64,000 nucleotides of DNA, taken from NCBI RefSeq assembly GCF_006345805.1, contig NC_042999.1, positions 27,032,001 to 27,096,000 of the forward strand, read 5' to 3'. The stretch comes from Octopus sinensis. Lineage: Eukaryota. Positions 13,001 to 24,216 of this stretch are shown piece by piece. Positions within the stretch are counted from its first letter, which is position 1, and each line of letters opens with the position of its first letter. The notes beneath the pieces were generated by a model, which did no database searches, was not told the origin of the DNA, and worked only from the letters and a program-made list of their open reading frames with translations. Made by a program: the position numbers and the translations under genes.

Positions 13001-13933
13001 TAACGATTTAGGAGTGACCCCAACAGGTCACTCGTCCACCAGAAAGAGCAGCCATAACTCACACCGCCAAGTATTATTAATTCAGAAATTAGGTGAAAAT
13101 TTAAAAACATTTACCCTAATTCATCTTTTAGACGTTGCAACGTTTCTGTGTCATTAATGATTAAATTAGCTTAATTAAATTAAATTAAGCCAATCTACCA
13201 TAGGTTACACTTCATCAGTAAAGACCTGGGAGAGACAAATATACACGAGGCGTCTGTATCGAAGCCTACGGGATATCTGACTTAAAATTTTCAAGACTGA
13301 CGTATTCGCGCCAAACTTATCAACAGTAAATATAAACTGCCGATTCAATCTCAGAATTATTCAGAAAATTATCAATTAGTCAATTTAGGGTAGCAAAAAA
13401 ATTCAATAGAAATTTATCGCAACCAGCGGCCTGGTGAAAAAGAGAAAATAGTCATCGACTAAATATATAAATATAACGATTTAGGAGTGACCCCACAGGT
13501 CACTCGTCCACCAGAAAGAGCAGCCATAACTCACACCGCCAAGTATTATTAATTCAGAAATTAGGTGAAAATTTAAAAACATTTACCCTAATTCATCTTT
13601 TAGACGTTGCAACGTTTCTGTGTCATTAATGATTAAATTAGCTTAATTAAATTAAATTAAGCCAAAAGCTAATTTAATCATTAATGACACAGAAACGTTG
13701 CAACGTCTAAAAGATGAATTAGGGTAAATGTTTTTAAATTTTCACCTAATTTCTGAATTAATAATACTTGGCGGTGTGAGTTATGGCTGCTCTTTCTGGT
13801 GGACGAGTGACCTGTTGGGGTCACTCCTAAATCGTTATATTTATATATTTAGTCGATGACTATTTTCTCTTTTTCACCAGGCCGCTGGTTGCGATAAATT
13901 TCTATTGAATTTTTTTGCTACCCTAAATTGACT

Positions 13934-13934
<1 letters not shown>
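13001..13934. repeat. 473-bp monomer tandem plus inverted arm (retrozyme-like family 1)
   Basis: Unit 13001-13473, partial unit 13474-13665, then 13666-13934 as the reverse complement of ~13377-13644; (TA)n on both sides. Confidence 0.9.
13124..13224 (-). ncRNA. Type I hammerhead ribozyme with extended stem II
   Basis: Minus: TCTTTA-CTGATGA-A-GTGT..[TTGGCTTAATT/AATTAAGCTAA]..ACAC-A-GAAA-CGTTGCAACG-TC|TAAAAGA; stem III is the perfect palindrome ACGTTGCAACGT; GUC site between 13131 and 13130. Confidence 0.75.
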
Positions 13935-13973
<39 letters not shown>

Positions 13974-14053
13974 TTGTATATATATATGTATATATTTATA
14001 TTGTATATATATATATATTTATATTGTATATATATATATATATATATTATATT

Positions 14054-14102
<49 letters not shown>

Positions 14103-14192
14103 TTGTATATATAATATATATATATTTATATTTGTATATATATATATATTTATATTTGTATTATATATATATATATATATTTATATTTGTAT
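13935..14192. repeat. (TA)n with TATTTG interruptions
   Basis: Directly visible. Confidence 0.9.
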
Positions 14193-14282
14193 ACTTTGAT
14201 ACTTTGATACTTTGATAGGTTTCGGCCATTATTGGCCAGGCCATGTCTAACTTAATAGCACCACCTGGTGAAGTCTTTCAAG

Positions 14283-17006
14283 TCAGAATTTGGGCACTAT
14301 GGCCCACTCAAGTAGAGAGTTATTGTTTACAGAGACATATCCGGGTGTAGGGGGTTTATCCGGGATTTCTTGAAGGAATCTGTCCAAAGACTTCTTGAAC
14401 CCTATAGGGTCAGTTTCTGTTTTAATGTGTTTTGGTGTAATGTTAAAGAGAGCGGGGCCAATTGAGGTGAAATAATTGTGCCGTATTGTTGTTATGAGAT
14501 GAGAGTGCGATTTTTGTTTTGGGCGGATGGCACGGGGCCCAAGCCTTGGATGTACCTTAAAGGTGATGCCAACATCATTTGGACAATGCTGATGGAATAT
14601 TTTCCACATCATGCAGATGATGTAGCGCTCACGACGACGTTGGAGAGAATAGAGTTTTAGCTTTTCTAGTCGACCCCAATAGTCGAGGCCTGTCATGCCA
14701 TCTATCTTTTTTGTGATTGCCCTTTGAGGTGCTTCAACTTTTATGATACCTTGTATTGTGTGGGGAGACCACAGTGGACAACAGTATTCAAGGTGGGGTC
14801 GGGCAAAAGTGGAGAAGAGAAGGATAATGGTGTGGATATCTCTCGACTGGAAAGTTCTGAGAATCCAGGAACACATTCTGCGGGCCATGTCAACTTTGGT
14901 GTTTATATGAGTGGCCCAGCTTACGTTGTTGTCCACAATTACTCCCAAGTCTCTGATGTTGTTGGACGCCGCGAGAGTTTCACCTGAAGGAAGGGAGTAT
15001 GGGAGTTTCAGGGCATCCTCTTTTCCAAAGTGGATTAGCTCAAATTTATCCTCGTTCAGCAGCATATTGTTTTTTTCTGCCCATTGGATAACAGCCAGTA
15101 GATCTGACTGAAGGCAAGTCCGGTCACTCGCCTCATTTATGACCTTCTGTAGCTTGGAGTCATCTGCAAAGATTTTTATGTTGCTGTGCTTGATGATGTC
15201 ATTAATGTCATTAATGTAAATGATGAAAAGAAGTGGGCCCAGCACAGTGCCTTGCGGAACGCCACTACTGACTTTGGCTGGGCTTGATTTTACCCCTTCA
15301 ACTACAACATGTTGAGATCTGTCTGTCAGGAAACACTTAATCCATTTCAGTAACTTTCCAGAGACACCAATGTTGGATAGTTTTTTCAATAGGATCTTGT
15401 GATCGACCCTGTCGAAGGCCTTACTGAAATCAAGGTAGATGACATCGGTGTTGGAGCCCTCTCCCAAAGCTCTCAAAATGTCCTCAAAGTGATGCAGGAG
15501 CTGCGTTAGGCAGTCCCTTCCATTACGGAACCCATGTTGGTTGGAGATCAGCCGTCTGTTGCTTTCCAGAAATTGGGTTATTCGAGATCTCACCACCCTC
15601 TCAAATACCTTGATGATATGAGAGGTGAGTGAGATCGGACGGTAATTCACTGCAAGGGACTTGTTTCCCTTTTTGAAAACTGGGACAACAGACTGGGACA
15701 GAAGGTTTTTTGGAATATAGCCAGCATCCAGTGAGTTTCTCCACAGATTAGCAAGGGGAGACGCAAGTTGGTGTCGACACACCTTCAGGACACAAGCAGG
15801 GAACCTATCGGGGCCTACTGCTGAATTGTGTTTTATTTCGTTTATCGCCGCTAAGACATCAGGGGCACTAAACGTTATGTCCGATATAGTGTGTTGGGGG
15901 TTGACATCACTGATACAGCCCAGATCGGCCATATCAGGATTGCTGAAAACAGAGCAGTATTGTTTCTGCAGTATCTCGGCCATGGATTTGGCATTATCTT
16001 GGAGAGTGCCAGTTTCGTCAATTAGAGGGCCTACAGTGGAGACAGTGACCCTGCGTTTCCTCGCAAATGAAAAGAACACTTTGGGGTTGAGTTTGATTTT
16101 TTCAATGGCCCACTTCTCCTCAGCTGATCTTTGGTTATTGATGAGGGTCTTCATGCATTGTTGGAGGTTATATTTTATGGATTCAAGCAGTGCGATAGCC
16201 GTCGAATGTGTGTGTTGCTGTTGGCAGTACTTTAGTTTGTTAATTTTTTTGTTTGTTCTTTTTATTTTTCTGATAATGGTTTTTCTGTTTTGGGGGATTC
16301 TGCACTTTTTGTTCACAGGTCTTGGTGGGGAGTGTTTTGCACATATGTCTGTGACGGTGTCTACAAAGATCTGCCAAGATGTTTTATGGTTGGTGGAGAT
16401 GTGTGTATGTGTAAAGGACCAGTCAACATTTGATAGCTCGTTCCTGATTGCATCCCAGTTGGCTTTATGGAGATCCATGTTGTCAAATGGGTGGGCTGGA
16501 GGAAGGTCACTAGGATTAGCTTTCGGCTGGTGGAATTTCATGTTACAGAGAACCATGTCATGGTCTGAAAGAAGGGTTTTTTCCACTGTAACGTTATGTA
16601 TAGTGTGGTTACTAAACACTAGGTCCAAAATGTTCTGATGTCTTGTTGGTGCAAGGACAAGTTGGGACAAGAAAAACTCATTCGTAAAGTCGAAAAGTGA
16701 CTCTGCTGCTTCTTTGTCAGCGGTTGAGGCGGGAGTGCTTGGTTTCAAACAGTTTGTAGTCCAGTCAACACAGGGTAGATTGAAGTCTCCCATCATGAGT
16801 ATGTTGCTAGAATGGCACTGTTGAATAAAGCACTTAATGCTGTTGAGGCATTCTTTAAAGCACAGTATGGGTGTTTGGGGCGGCCTATAGAGCCCAATTA
16901 CTGTCAGGTCATTTGTTGTGCACGGTGACTGATTCACAGTAGCCGTTGGAGAATATACTATTTCCATCTGCCGTAAATGAATCATGCAGGAAAATGGCAG
17001 TTCCAC
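14283..17006 (-). CDS. LINE-A ORF2: APE endonuclease and reverse transcriptase
   Basis: 907-aa ORF with GLYRPP, MGDFN, SDHD, NYRPISLTS, QHGFR, YLDFSKAFD, GVPQGTVLGPLLF and FADD. The APE N-terminus (LLNAQG..TETHL..GGTAIF) lies in the 16909-17307 frame, so there is one frameshift near 16920. Confidence 0.95.
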   Translation of the reverse strand: MELPFSCMIHLRQMEIVYSPTATVNQSPCTTNDLTVIGLYRPPQTPILCFKECLNSIKCFIQQCHSSNILMMGDFNLPCVDWTTNCLKPSTPASTADKEAAESLFDFTNEFFLSQLVLAPTRHQNILDLVFSNHTIHNVTVEKTLLSDHDMVLCNMKFHQPKANPSDLPPAHPFDNMDLHKANWDAIRNELSNVDWSFTHTHISTNHKTSWQIFVDTVTDICAKHSPPRPVNKKCRIPQNRKTIIRKIKRTNKKINKLKYCQQQHTHSTAIALLESIKYNLQQCMKTLINNQRSAEEKWAIEKIKLNPKVFFSFARKRRVTVSTVGPLIDETGTLQDNAKSMAEILQKQYCSVFSNPDMADLGCISDVNPQHTISDITFSAPDVLAAINEIKHNSAVGPDRFPACVLKVCRHQLASPLANLWRNSLDAGYIPKNLLSQSVVPVFKKGNKSLAVNYRPISLTSHIIKVFERVVRSRITQFLESNRRLISNQHGFRNGRDCLTQLLHHFEDILRALGEGSNTDVIYLDFSKAFDRVDHKILLKKLSNIGVSGKLLKWIKCFLTDRSQHVVVEGVKSSPAKVSSGVPQGTVLGPLLFIIYINDINDIIKHSNIKIFADDSKLQKVINEASDRTCLQSDLLAVIQWAEKNNMLLNEDKFELIHFGKEDALKLPYSLPSGETLAASNNIRDLGVIVDNNVSWATHINTKVDMARRMCSWILRTFQSRDIHTIILLFSTFARPHLEYCCPLWSPHTIQGIIKVEAPQRAITKKIDGMTGLDYWGRLEKLKLYSLQRRRERYIICMMWKIFHQHCPNDVGITFKVHPRLGPRAIRPKQKSHSHLITTIRHNYFTSIGPALFNITPKHIKTETDPIGFKKSLDRFLQEIPDKPPTPGYVSVNNNSLLEWAIVPKF

Positions 17007-17383
17007 CCTTCCTCCTGCCGATACGATCCGCGCGGATGGTTGTGAAATTCTTCACTCTCACTTCGGCTTCCAAGTGGGAGTTGTCAAGGTGGGTCTCAGT
17101 GAGAATGAAGAAAGGGATGTGGTGTGAATGGTTACCAACCCAGTCTTCAATGAATTGGACCTTCCATTTTTGTGCATTGATGGAAGGGCTGACACCTTGT
17201 GCATTGAGTAGGAATGTGGAGGTTAGTGTAGTGGCTGGTTTTGACTGTTGCAGGGGGCTTGGATTTTTTGTGTGTGTTAGTGGCAGCAATGTGGGGAATT
17301 GGTGCACTGGGGTAATAGCATAGGATGGTGTTGAGTGATGGCTAGAATGTTTTTGTGTATCTCTTTTGCCATGTTCAACATGG

Positions 17384-18367
17384 CTAAAAAAGAATTTTCC
17401 TGCTTAGGGAGCAGTTTTGGCTGGAGGTGTGGTTGCACTGTTGGATAGGGTTGTAGTTTCCACTTTTGTTGTTGTTGTTTTTGTGTCTTCCTGAAAAGAC
17501 TGGACCAGCATTACTGCAGCATGGTGTGTTTCTATTTTTATTGTTATTCAGGTTTGTGTGTTGGCTTGAGGCCCCGTTTCTGTTTGTGCGTCGGGTCCCT
17601 GGAAGATGAGTGAAGGGACAGTCACTCAGTAGACATGTTCTCTCACGTTGGGAATACCGGCAGATTTTGGGACTCCGAGTTGTGTGTGTTTTGAATTTCG
17701 ATTTACTATTTGGTGGTGTTGATGTTATTGTGGGATGCGTGCTTTGGCCTTGGCCGGTAGTGCGTCTAGTGCCGGGTAGATGCGTGAAGATGCAGTCACT
17801 ATTTGTGCAGAGTCTCTGGCGCAGTGAATAGCGGCATATTTGGGGATTTCTTGCTTGAGCCGTGGGGGGCGCATTCTGCTTCCTATGTTTCTTTAAGTTT
17901 TTGTTACTGCAGTAGTATTGAGGTGGTGATGTGGGGGAAGAGGGCAGTGGTTTCTTATTTGGTTTCCTGTTGGTATTTTTGGTGATAGAAGACGATGGTG
18001 GCAGCGGTGGTGATGATGATGATGATAATTGTGGTGGTTGCTGTGAGAGCGGTGAAAAGATACTGGCATTTAGTGAATCGTCTAGTAAGCTAGAGTTGAG
18101 GAGTGGCTGTTGTTCTTGTTGCTGTGGCTGTTGTTGTTGTTGTTGTGCCTGACCGATGTCAGGGTCAGCCATTGTGCTGGGAACCAGGAGTGGCTCATTC
18201 TGTTGTTGTTGTTGTTGTGGCTGCTGATTTTCTAGCTGTTGTTGTTCTTGAACTGTGAAAATATGTAGAAGCTTTTCATAATGGCCTCTTATCAGTTTGA
18301 AAGATACTTCGATATGTTTCAACTTGCTACGAATCTGTTTGACGGATCGTGTGTTGACCACAAGCAA
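17384..18367 (-). CDS. LINE-A ORF1 with two CCCH zinc fingers
   Basis: CRYSLRQRLCTNSDCIFTH and CRYSQRERTCLLSDCPFTH (C-x8-C-x4-C-x3-H); Q/P/S-rich. The probable true C-terminus (QENSFLAMLNMAKEI) is in a shifted frame. Confidence 0.85.
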   Translation of the reverse strand: MLVVNTRSVKQIRSKLKHIEVSFKLIRGHYEKLLHIFTVQEQQQLENQQPQQQQQQNEPLLVPSTMADPDIGQAQQQQQQPQQQEQQPLLNSSLLDDSLNASIFSPLSQQPPQLSSSSSPPLPPSSSITKNTNRKPNKKPLPSSPTSPPQYYCSNKNLKKHRKQNAPPTAQARNPQICRYSLRQRLCTNSDCIFTHLPGTRRTTGQGQSTHPTITSTPPNSKSKFKTHTTRSPKICRYSQRERTCLLSDCPFTHLPGTRRTNRNGASSQHTNLNNNKNRNTPCCSNAGPVFSGRHKNNNNKSGNYNPIQQCNHTSSQNCSLSRKILF

Positions 18368-20036
18368 AAGAAATTATCTGTCAACGTATTAAGATTTGTA
18401 TTCTTCCATACCCATAGGGCAGAAGAGATCAAACATATCATAATAAAATAGAAACATTGAAACAGTGACATTCATGATATTTTATCTATATGTGAGTATA
18501 TTGTCCAATATGTATTTCCTTGTTTTAAAATCGCAGGGTGTGGTTTTGGGGATTAATAGACTGCTCTTTCTAGCAGAAATAGCAACCTGTTCATTATCCT
18601 TTGTTGGTATGAGGAATGTAACTCTTTGTTATCATCTTTAGTCTTTATGTCTCCTCAAATAAATCTTTTATAGAATATATAAATATTTCTTGTTGTCACT
18701 GATTATTATCCGTTAAATTTTGGTATGTATTTTACTTATTTACTTTTAGGTTTTATAAGTTTAATAACAGGTAGATATTAATTAAATTTAAATATATTTG
18801 TCTCTGAAGGTTCATGTGGTAATTTCCGGATATTGTCTACGAGATATTTAAGGCAGTTCATAGAGTAAACTTAATTACATTTTGTAAAGTGAAAAATTTC
18901 TTTAAAACATTACGACTGTGAACTACATTCTTTCGGAAATAATTTTATCTTTGATATAACAATTTTAAATCAAATCTTTGCATGAAATTACTAATTAATT
19001 TTAATTGCAATGAAATTTGCATCCGTAATCATTTGAGGAAAATTAATTTGAAATTATTTATATCAGTCCTCTTTCGTTTGAATAGTTGTACGAATTTCTA
19101 TATTATTTCCTTGAATTTCTATATTATTTCTGTAGCAATCTGCAAAAAACAAAATTAAAAAGAACTCTTGAAATATTTTCTACTCCATGATGAAAATTCA
19201 CCTAAGGAATGATTTTTCTACATGTTTTAAACATGTTTTACAGTGCATCAATAAAATAAATTTCATAATTGAATAGATAAAATTTTTCATTGAAGGTGGG
19301 AGGATTCTCAGTTTTCAATATATATTCTTAAGGATAGTAATTACAGGTTTATGAATCCTAAAAATATTCAGAACATAGAAGCATATGTCTCTTCAGGTTG
19401 CAGAAATTTCGTTTGACAGTAAATTTTATTTTAATCAAGAATAGCTGGTAAAGAAAAAATATAGATATTTAACTGATATTTTTAGAAGGCCGTAAGTGTA
19501 GAGACTCACTAATTAATATAACGTTAAAGCAAACTTATTTACGTTAGATAAATAACATGGTTGAAAGAGAAATCTCACCCATCCTACTGAGAGCTGTTCT
19601 CTAACTAGCATTCTGCATATTTAGAAAGACATAATTAATCATACCATTTGTTATATAAAGTATGGAGTAAAAATGTAGGATAAAAATCCCTCCGGGGAAA
19701 TAAAGACTCATAGGTCCGATTTTCCGATTACCATGTTGCTTATATTTTCCCTTTAAGGACGGGACGCCATCTGTCGTAGGAAATATCCATCTTCATCAGC
19801 TGAGTGGACTGGAGCAATGTGCAATGAGGTTTTTCTCAAGAATACAGCGCATAACCCAATCGAAATCACAGTGTTACATTCCTGAGTCCTTTTCGATGTA
19901 TTGGCTTATGATTTTCACTATTTGATTTGCCTAATAGTTGTTTTATCTCTAATTTAATATAATATATATTTATACTATAAAATTGGATTTAATCCTAAAT
20001 CTAATTTTTCCCTGTATGTTTGGATTTACTCCCTAA

Positions 20037-20155
<119 letters not shown>

Positions 20156-20949
20156 GTTCGATTGATAAAAGCAAACACCAATAGGCTATAATTTGCTCAT
20201 GAGGTCCAGTATGGTACATACATAACGTAACTGTCGCTTCCTTGCAAAATAAACATTAAATTCTGCCCAAATCATAGCGATTAATTAGGAGTGATTAATC
20301 CTTAATGTTTTGCGTTATATCTTCCTTTTTTATGAGAGTCGTTAACAATTACTAATAGGTTTATTATAGCCAATTTATGTCATGCACTATTTTTCTGTGA
20401 GCCATTTAGTACGCAAAAACTTGATTTATTTAAAAATTGTGCCGGTAAACTGATTGAATTATTTTCTGCTGTTCGTTTTTATCTATTCTTTAAGAATAGC
20501 CATTTCCCATGCATGTTTTCGTTAATATACAAGCAGTAACGTATATTTATTAGTCTTTAACACTTTCTTTAAGTATACATTTCACGTGTACGGCATGATA
20601 AATTGTGTGAATATATGTCTGTGTGTGTGTTTCTGTGTTATGAAATAGAATGGAGAATTATAAGCGCGACACAAGAAACAAGAACGTAAATGCAAACAAA
20701 TTACTTTTAAGGTCATTCTTGCACTCCTATATTATATTAAACTACGAATAAAAGTGTCAACGTTAATTATCAATCATATCGTACTGAATTCAAATTGTAA
20801 TCTCAATTTCACCTCGGTGTTACACTTGTATTAATTTGCTACATTTATAAATTAAATAATCATTCTATAAATTACGTTATTGACGAGGATTTAATATACA
20901 AGATGCGAGTAGAATTAGACGCACTTAACCATCAGAATATTGCTCTCTC

Positions 20950-21960
20950 CCAACCAATTAAAGGACTTTGATTACTTTCAGATCCCATAACGCAAATAAA
21001 ACGTTAATGCAAGCCACGAAGAGACAAGCAGTACTTGCCGCCATATGTGTGCTGTATCGGTTTAGACATTGTCAACTTTCTAATTGTTTTATGATCTTAT
21101 GTACTCGAAGCGAAGATCAAATTGAACGGGAAGACACTGACTGGTATGTTTCAACTGCAAGAAAGAGAAAAAGATATTCTAAATGTTTGGGCATTATAAG
21201 GATATCACGATGCATCCAATGTGTTTAAAATATTGTCGATTTTTAATTCCAGAAAATCAGTGAGACCAAACGGCGAAGATCTTCAAGAGTCGGAATGAAC
21301 TATCAGAATAGCGGTGCAAGTAAACATTCGATACAAATTGTATCGACTAGTAAGTGGCACTTTCATGTCGATAAAACCACACTAGATCCGTTAGTCAATT
21401 CCTAGTGGTTAATGAACAAGTTTAAATACCGTAATGAACGAGATATGCCTTAGCCTTTTATGACGAGAATATCTTCAATTTAGACCGAAAGTCTAAGAGA
21501 GATGAGAAATGATTATGCGTAGATCTTTCTGATGTCCACAGGTGATGCACAGTGAGTTCCCAGCATCTGTAATTGTTTTAGAAGTGACATCTCACATTTT
21601 CCACAGAGTCTTAGAATTAATACTATTGAATACATTGAGGTTCTTGAGACAGTTGATAAGAATTCAATGAGTGAAGTACGCAGTGGGGCCCCATAACCCA
21701 AGAATCAATGTCAAATATTCTTTACAATCATGTACTACTGCTAGTCTCCAAATACGCCAAATTTAAATGTAGTTCTAAGTACTGCCGTGACCTACTTCGA
21801 TGGCAGACTTAAACGATGGAGCGGTTAAACACCACCACCTGGCATCATTGTTATCGTTAGACGAGGTCATTCTCTACCAATCATTCGAACCAGGATTCTC
21901 ATTAGAAGATACATTCCTCACACCCTCTGATTAACCTTCCAGGCTGTAAAGTATCAAAAA
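20950..21960 (+). mobile_element. Degenerate Tc1/mariner (maT-like) transposase relic
   Basis: Frameshifted FPASVIVLEV..FPQSLRINTIEYIEVLETVDK..GAP near 21560-21700; same family type as 1501-1989. Boundaries approximate. Confidence 0.65.
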
Positions 21961-22716
21961 ATTATACTTTTCTGAAAATGAAATAAAGACAATCTTAAAG
22001 CGCGAAATTTCTAGCAACTCAATTGCTTCGTGTCATCAATATAATATATATATATATATAGTTATTAATGAAGGTTTATCAATCCGAGCAGAATACTTCA
22101 TAATCTCTCTGTAATACAAATTCGCCGGACTAATAACATTTTTTGGAATAGTATAGAAATTTGCATATGCTTATGGCAGGATCCGTGGTCATAGTTTCAC
22201 CCCCATTGTAAATCTATTGTTGCATTTCCAGTTCAGCTAGTTTTCTTTTTACACATACAAGACAGAACATTAAAAAAAAACTTTACATGTTCTTTATTCT
22301 TGCAAATTCAACTTACAGGTGACTTCTAATAGGCTTTATAGGTTCGTTCAGCGATTTGTATACTCATTTTATCCATTGATCGGCTGAGAAAAGCAGAATG
22401 ACATTTAAAAAAACTAATGCTACCTTCGTCAGAGTCGTCGTTTCCAACGATATGTTTGGTGAAAACAAAGTAGAATAACGATAAAGGAATGATATAAGTA
22501 TGGGAAGTGATTTAAAGAAGGTAAGAGGTTTAAGATAAGTGAAAGAAAGAGAAAGAGGAATAGAAATGGTAAACAGGAAAAGAAGAGCAAATGGAAAGAG
22601 AAAGAAATAGGGGAGAGAGATATGTGATGGGAAGAAGAGAGAGGGAAGAAAACTAGAAACGATGGTGGGAACAATAATAAAATTTGGTGGTCTTAGTGTC
22701 TGTAATTAGGTTGCCA

Positions 22717-23155
22717 GAGATCTTTTCGCTTTGAACGGCAGTTTTTTCTAGCGGTGTCATATGAAATTGTCACCCATAATTATGACCCTAGTATCGATCT
22801 ATTGCATTTCAATCTCTTTTAGGGTTAGGGTTAGTTAGGGCTAGGGTTAGGGTTGGGGTGGGGGAGGGGTATCTTTTTTTCTTCACAAATGTAAATAAAC
22901 CTAATCTGTTTCTTAAACGAGGGACGTATTCATACGGCACAGAATGCTTTTTACCTCAATGGACGTTAGTGATTGGTTGAAATTGCAGAAATTAAAGAAA
23001 AAACAACAACAAATATCTTACAAACTATAGAATTTTCTCAATAAAACCAAGAGAAAAAGATGTTTTATGAACACATTCTACCATTATACGAACTTTAAAA
23101 TTTTTTAGTTACCTAGAAATTATGTTAAAAACTGCCGTTCAAACTTAAAAGATCC
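22717..23155. mobile_element. Non-autonomous DNA transposon (MITE) with 8-bp TSD and internal TTAGGG repeats
   Basis: TIRs GATCTTTT-CGC-TTTGAACGGCAGTTTTT / AAAAACTGCCGTTCAAA-CTT-AAAAGATC; flanking GGTTGCCA at 22709-22716 and 23156-23163; TTAGGG-like run at 22819-22853. Confidence 0.85.
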
Positions 23156-23754
23156 GGTTGCCACTCTCAAAACATTGTTGTTGTCTGTCCATGTCACATT
23201 ATCTGGAAAGTGTTTTGAAACTTGATTTTAGGCAATAGCTCCAGTAGTCAGCTTAGATCTTTAATTCTCGGTTGTTTACTACATCACCTGTTGGAATGTT
23301 TGTTGTTGTTTGAAGTGAATTGTATCAGAAAGATAGAAGGATAAAAGCGATGACAGAAAACAACAGCAACCATAAAATGATTGGAAGGTAGAAATGTTAC
23401 ACCGTAATGCAAGTTAGCTCTGGTAAATATGGGCATCAGATATAAGGAATACACTGAGATGAAATAAATAAAGAGATAAAAAAACCTTGCAATTAGCATC
23501 TTTCACCCCATTCAATTATGACAAAATGGGAGAAAATGCATAGTTCACAGAGCGTAAATGGTTAAAGTTATAAAAAGTCCTTAATGTGTTGTTGGAATGT
23601 TTATAAACTTAATAAATAATTCGAATAAGAGTGTAAAAAATAAAAGTAAAAGAATAAACGGTTGAAAATTTAAAAAAGGAAAAATGAATAACAGATAAAA
23701 GGAAAACAATAGGTTAACACATAACACTCTTATCATGACTCTGAATAATAGTAA

Positions 23755-23970
23755 TCTTTTCTACTCTAAGGACAAGGCCCAAAATATTGGGGGAAGAGAT
23801 AAGTCGATGAGATCGACCTCAGTACGCAACTAGTACTTAATTTACCGACCTCGAAAGGATGAAAGGAAAAGTCGGCCTCGGCGGAATTCGAACTTAGAAC
23901 GTAAAGACAAACGAAATACCGCTAAGCATTTCGCCCGGCTTGTTAACGTTTCTGCCAGCTAGCCGCCTTA
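23755..23970 (-). mobile_element. tRNA-derived SINE (GGCGGCGAGCTGGCAGAA-head family)
   Basis: Head AAGGCGGCTAGCTGGCAGAAACGTTA, B-box GTTCGAATTCC, conserved CTTTCATCCTTTCGAGGTCGGTAAATTAAGTAC core. Confidence 0.85.
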
Positions 23971-23984
23971 TTTGAAAATAGTAT

Positions 23985-24200
23985 TCTTCGTTACTCTAGG
24001 CACAAGGTCTCACATTTTGGAGGAGTAGGCCAGTCGATTCAATCGACCCCAGTACGCAATAGGTACTTAATTTATCGACCCTGAAATGATGAATGCCAAA
24101 ATCGACCTCGGTGGAATTTGAACTCAGAACGTAAAGACAAACGAAACACTGATAAGCATTTCACCCGCCTTGCGAACATTTCTGCCAGCTCGCTGCCTTG
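23985..24200 (-). mobile_element. Second tandem copy of the same SINE family
   Basis: Same head, B-box and core immediately adjacent to the previous copy. Confidence 0.85.
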
Positions 24201-24216
24201 AAATCAATATTAATTA

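Larger units (their letters stand above)
14193..18367 (-). mobile_element. Near-intact CR1/L2-group non-LTR retrotransposon (LINE-A)
   Basis: ORF1 followed by APE-RT ORF2; 3' UTR ends CATGGCC-hairpin-GAAAC plus (ATCAAAGT)3; 5' end probably truncated within ORF1. Confidence 0.95.

Noticed and set aside
14219-14245. LINE/SINE 3' hairpin plus GAAAC as a hammerhead
   Set aside because: Resembles stem II plus GAAA but has no CUGANGA or stems I and III; treated as an RT recognition stem-loop.
15826-16638. 270-aa plus-strand ORF and other short ORFs inside the LINEs
   Set aside because: Antisense shadows of LINE ORFs with no recognisable motifs.
22819-22853. Telomere or chromosome-fusion scar
   Set aside because: Short, degenerate and enclosed within a TIR/TSD-bounded element.
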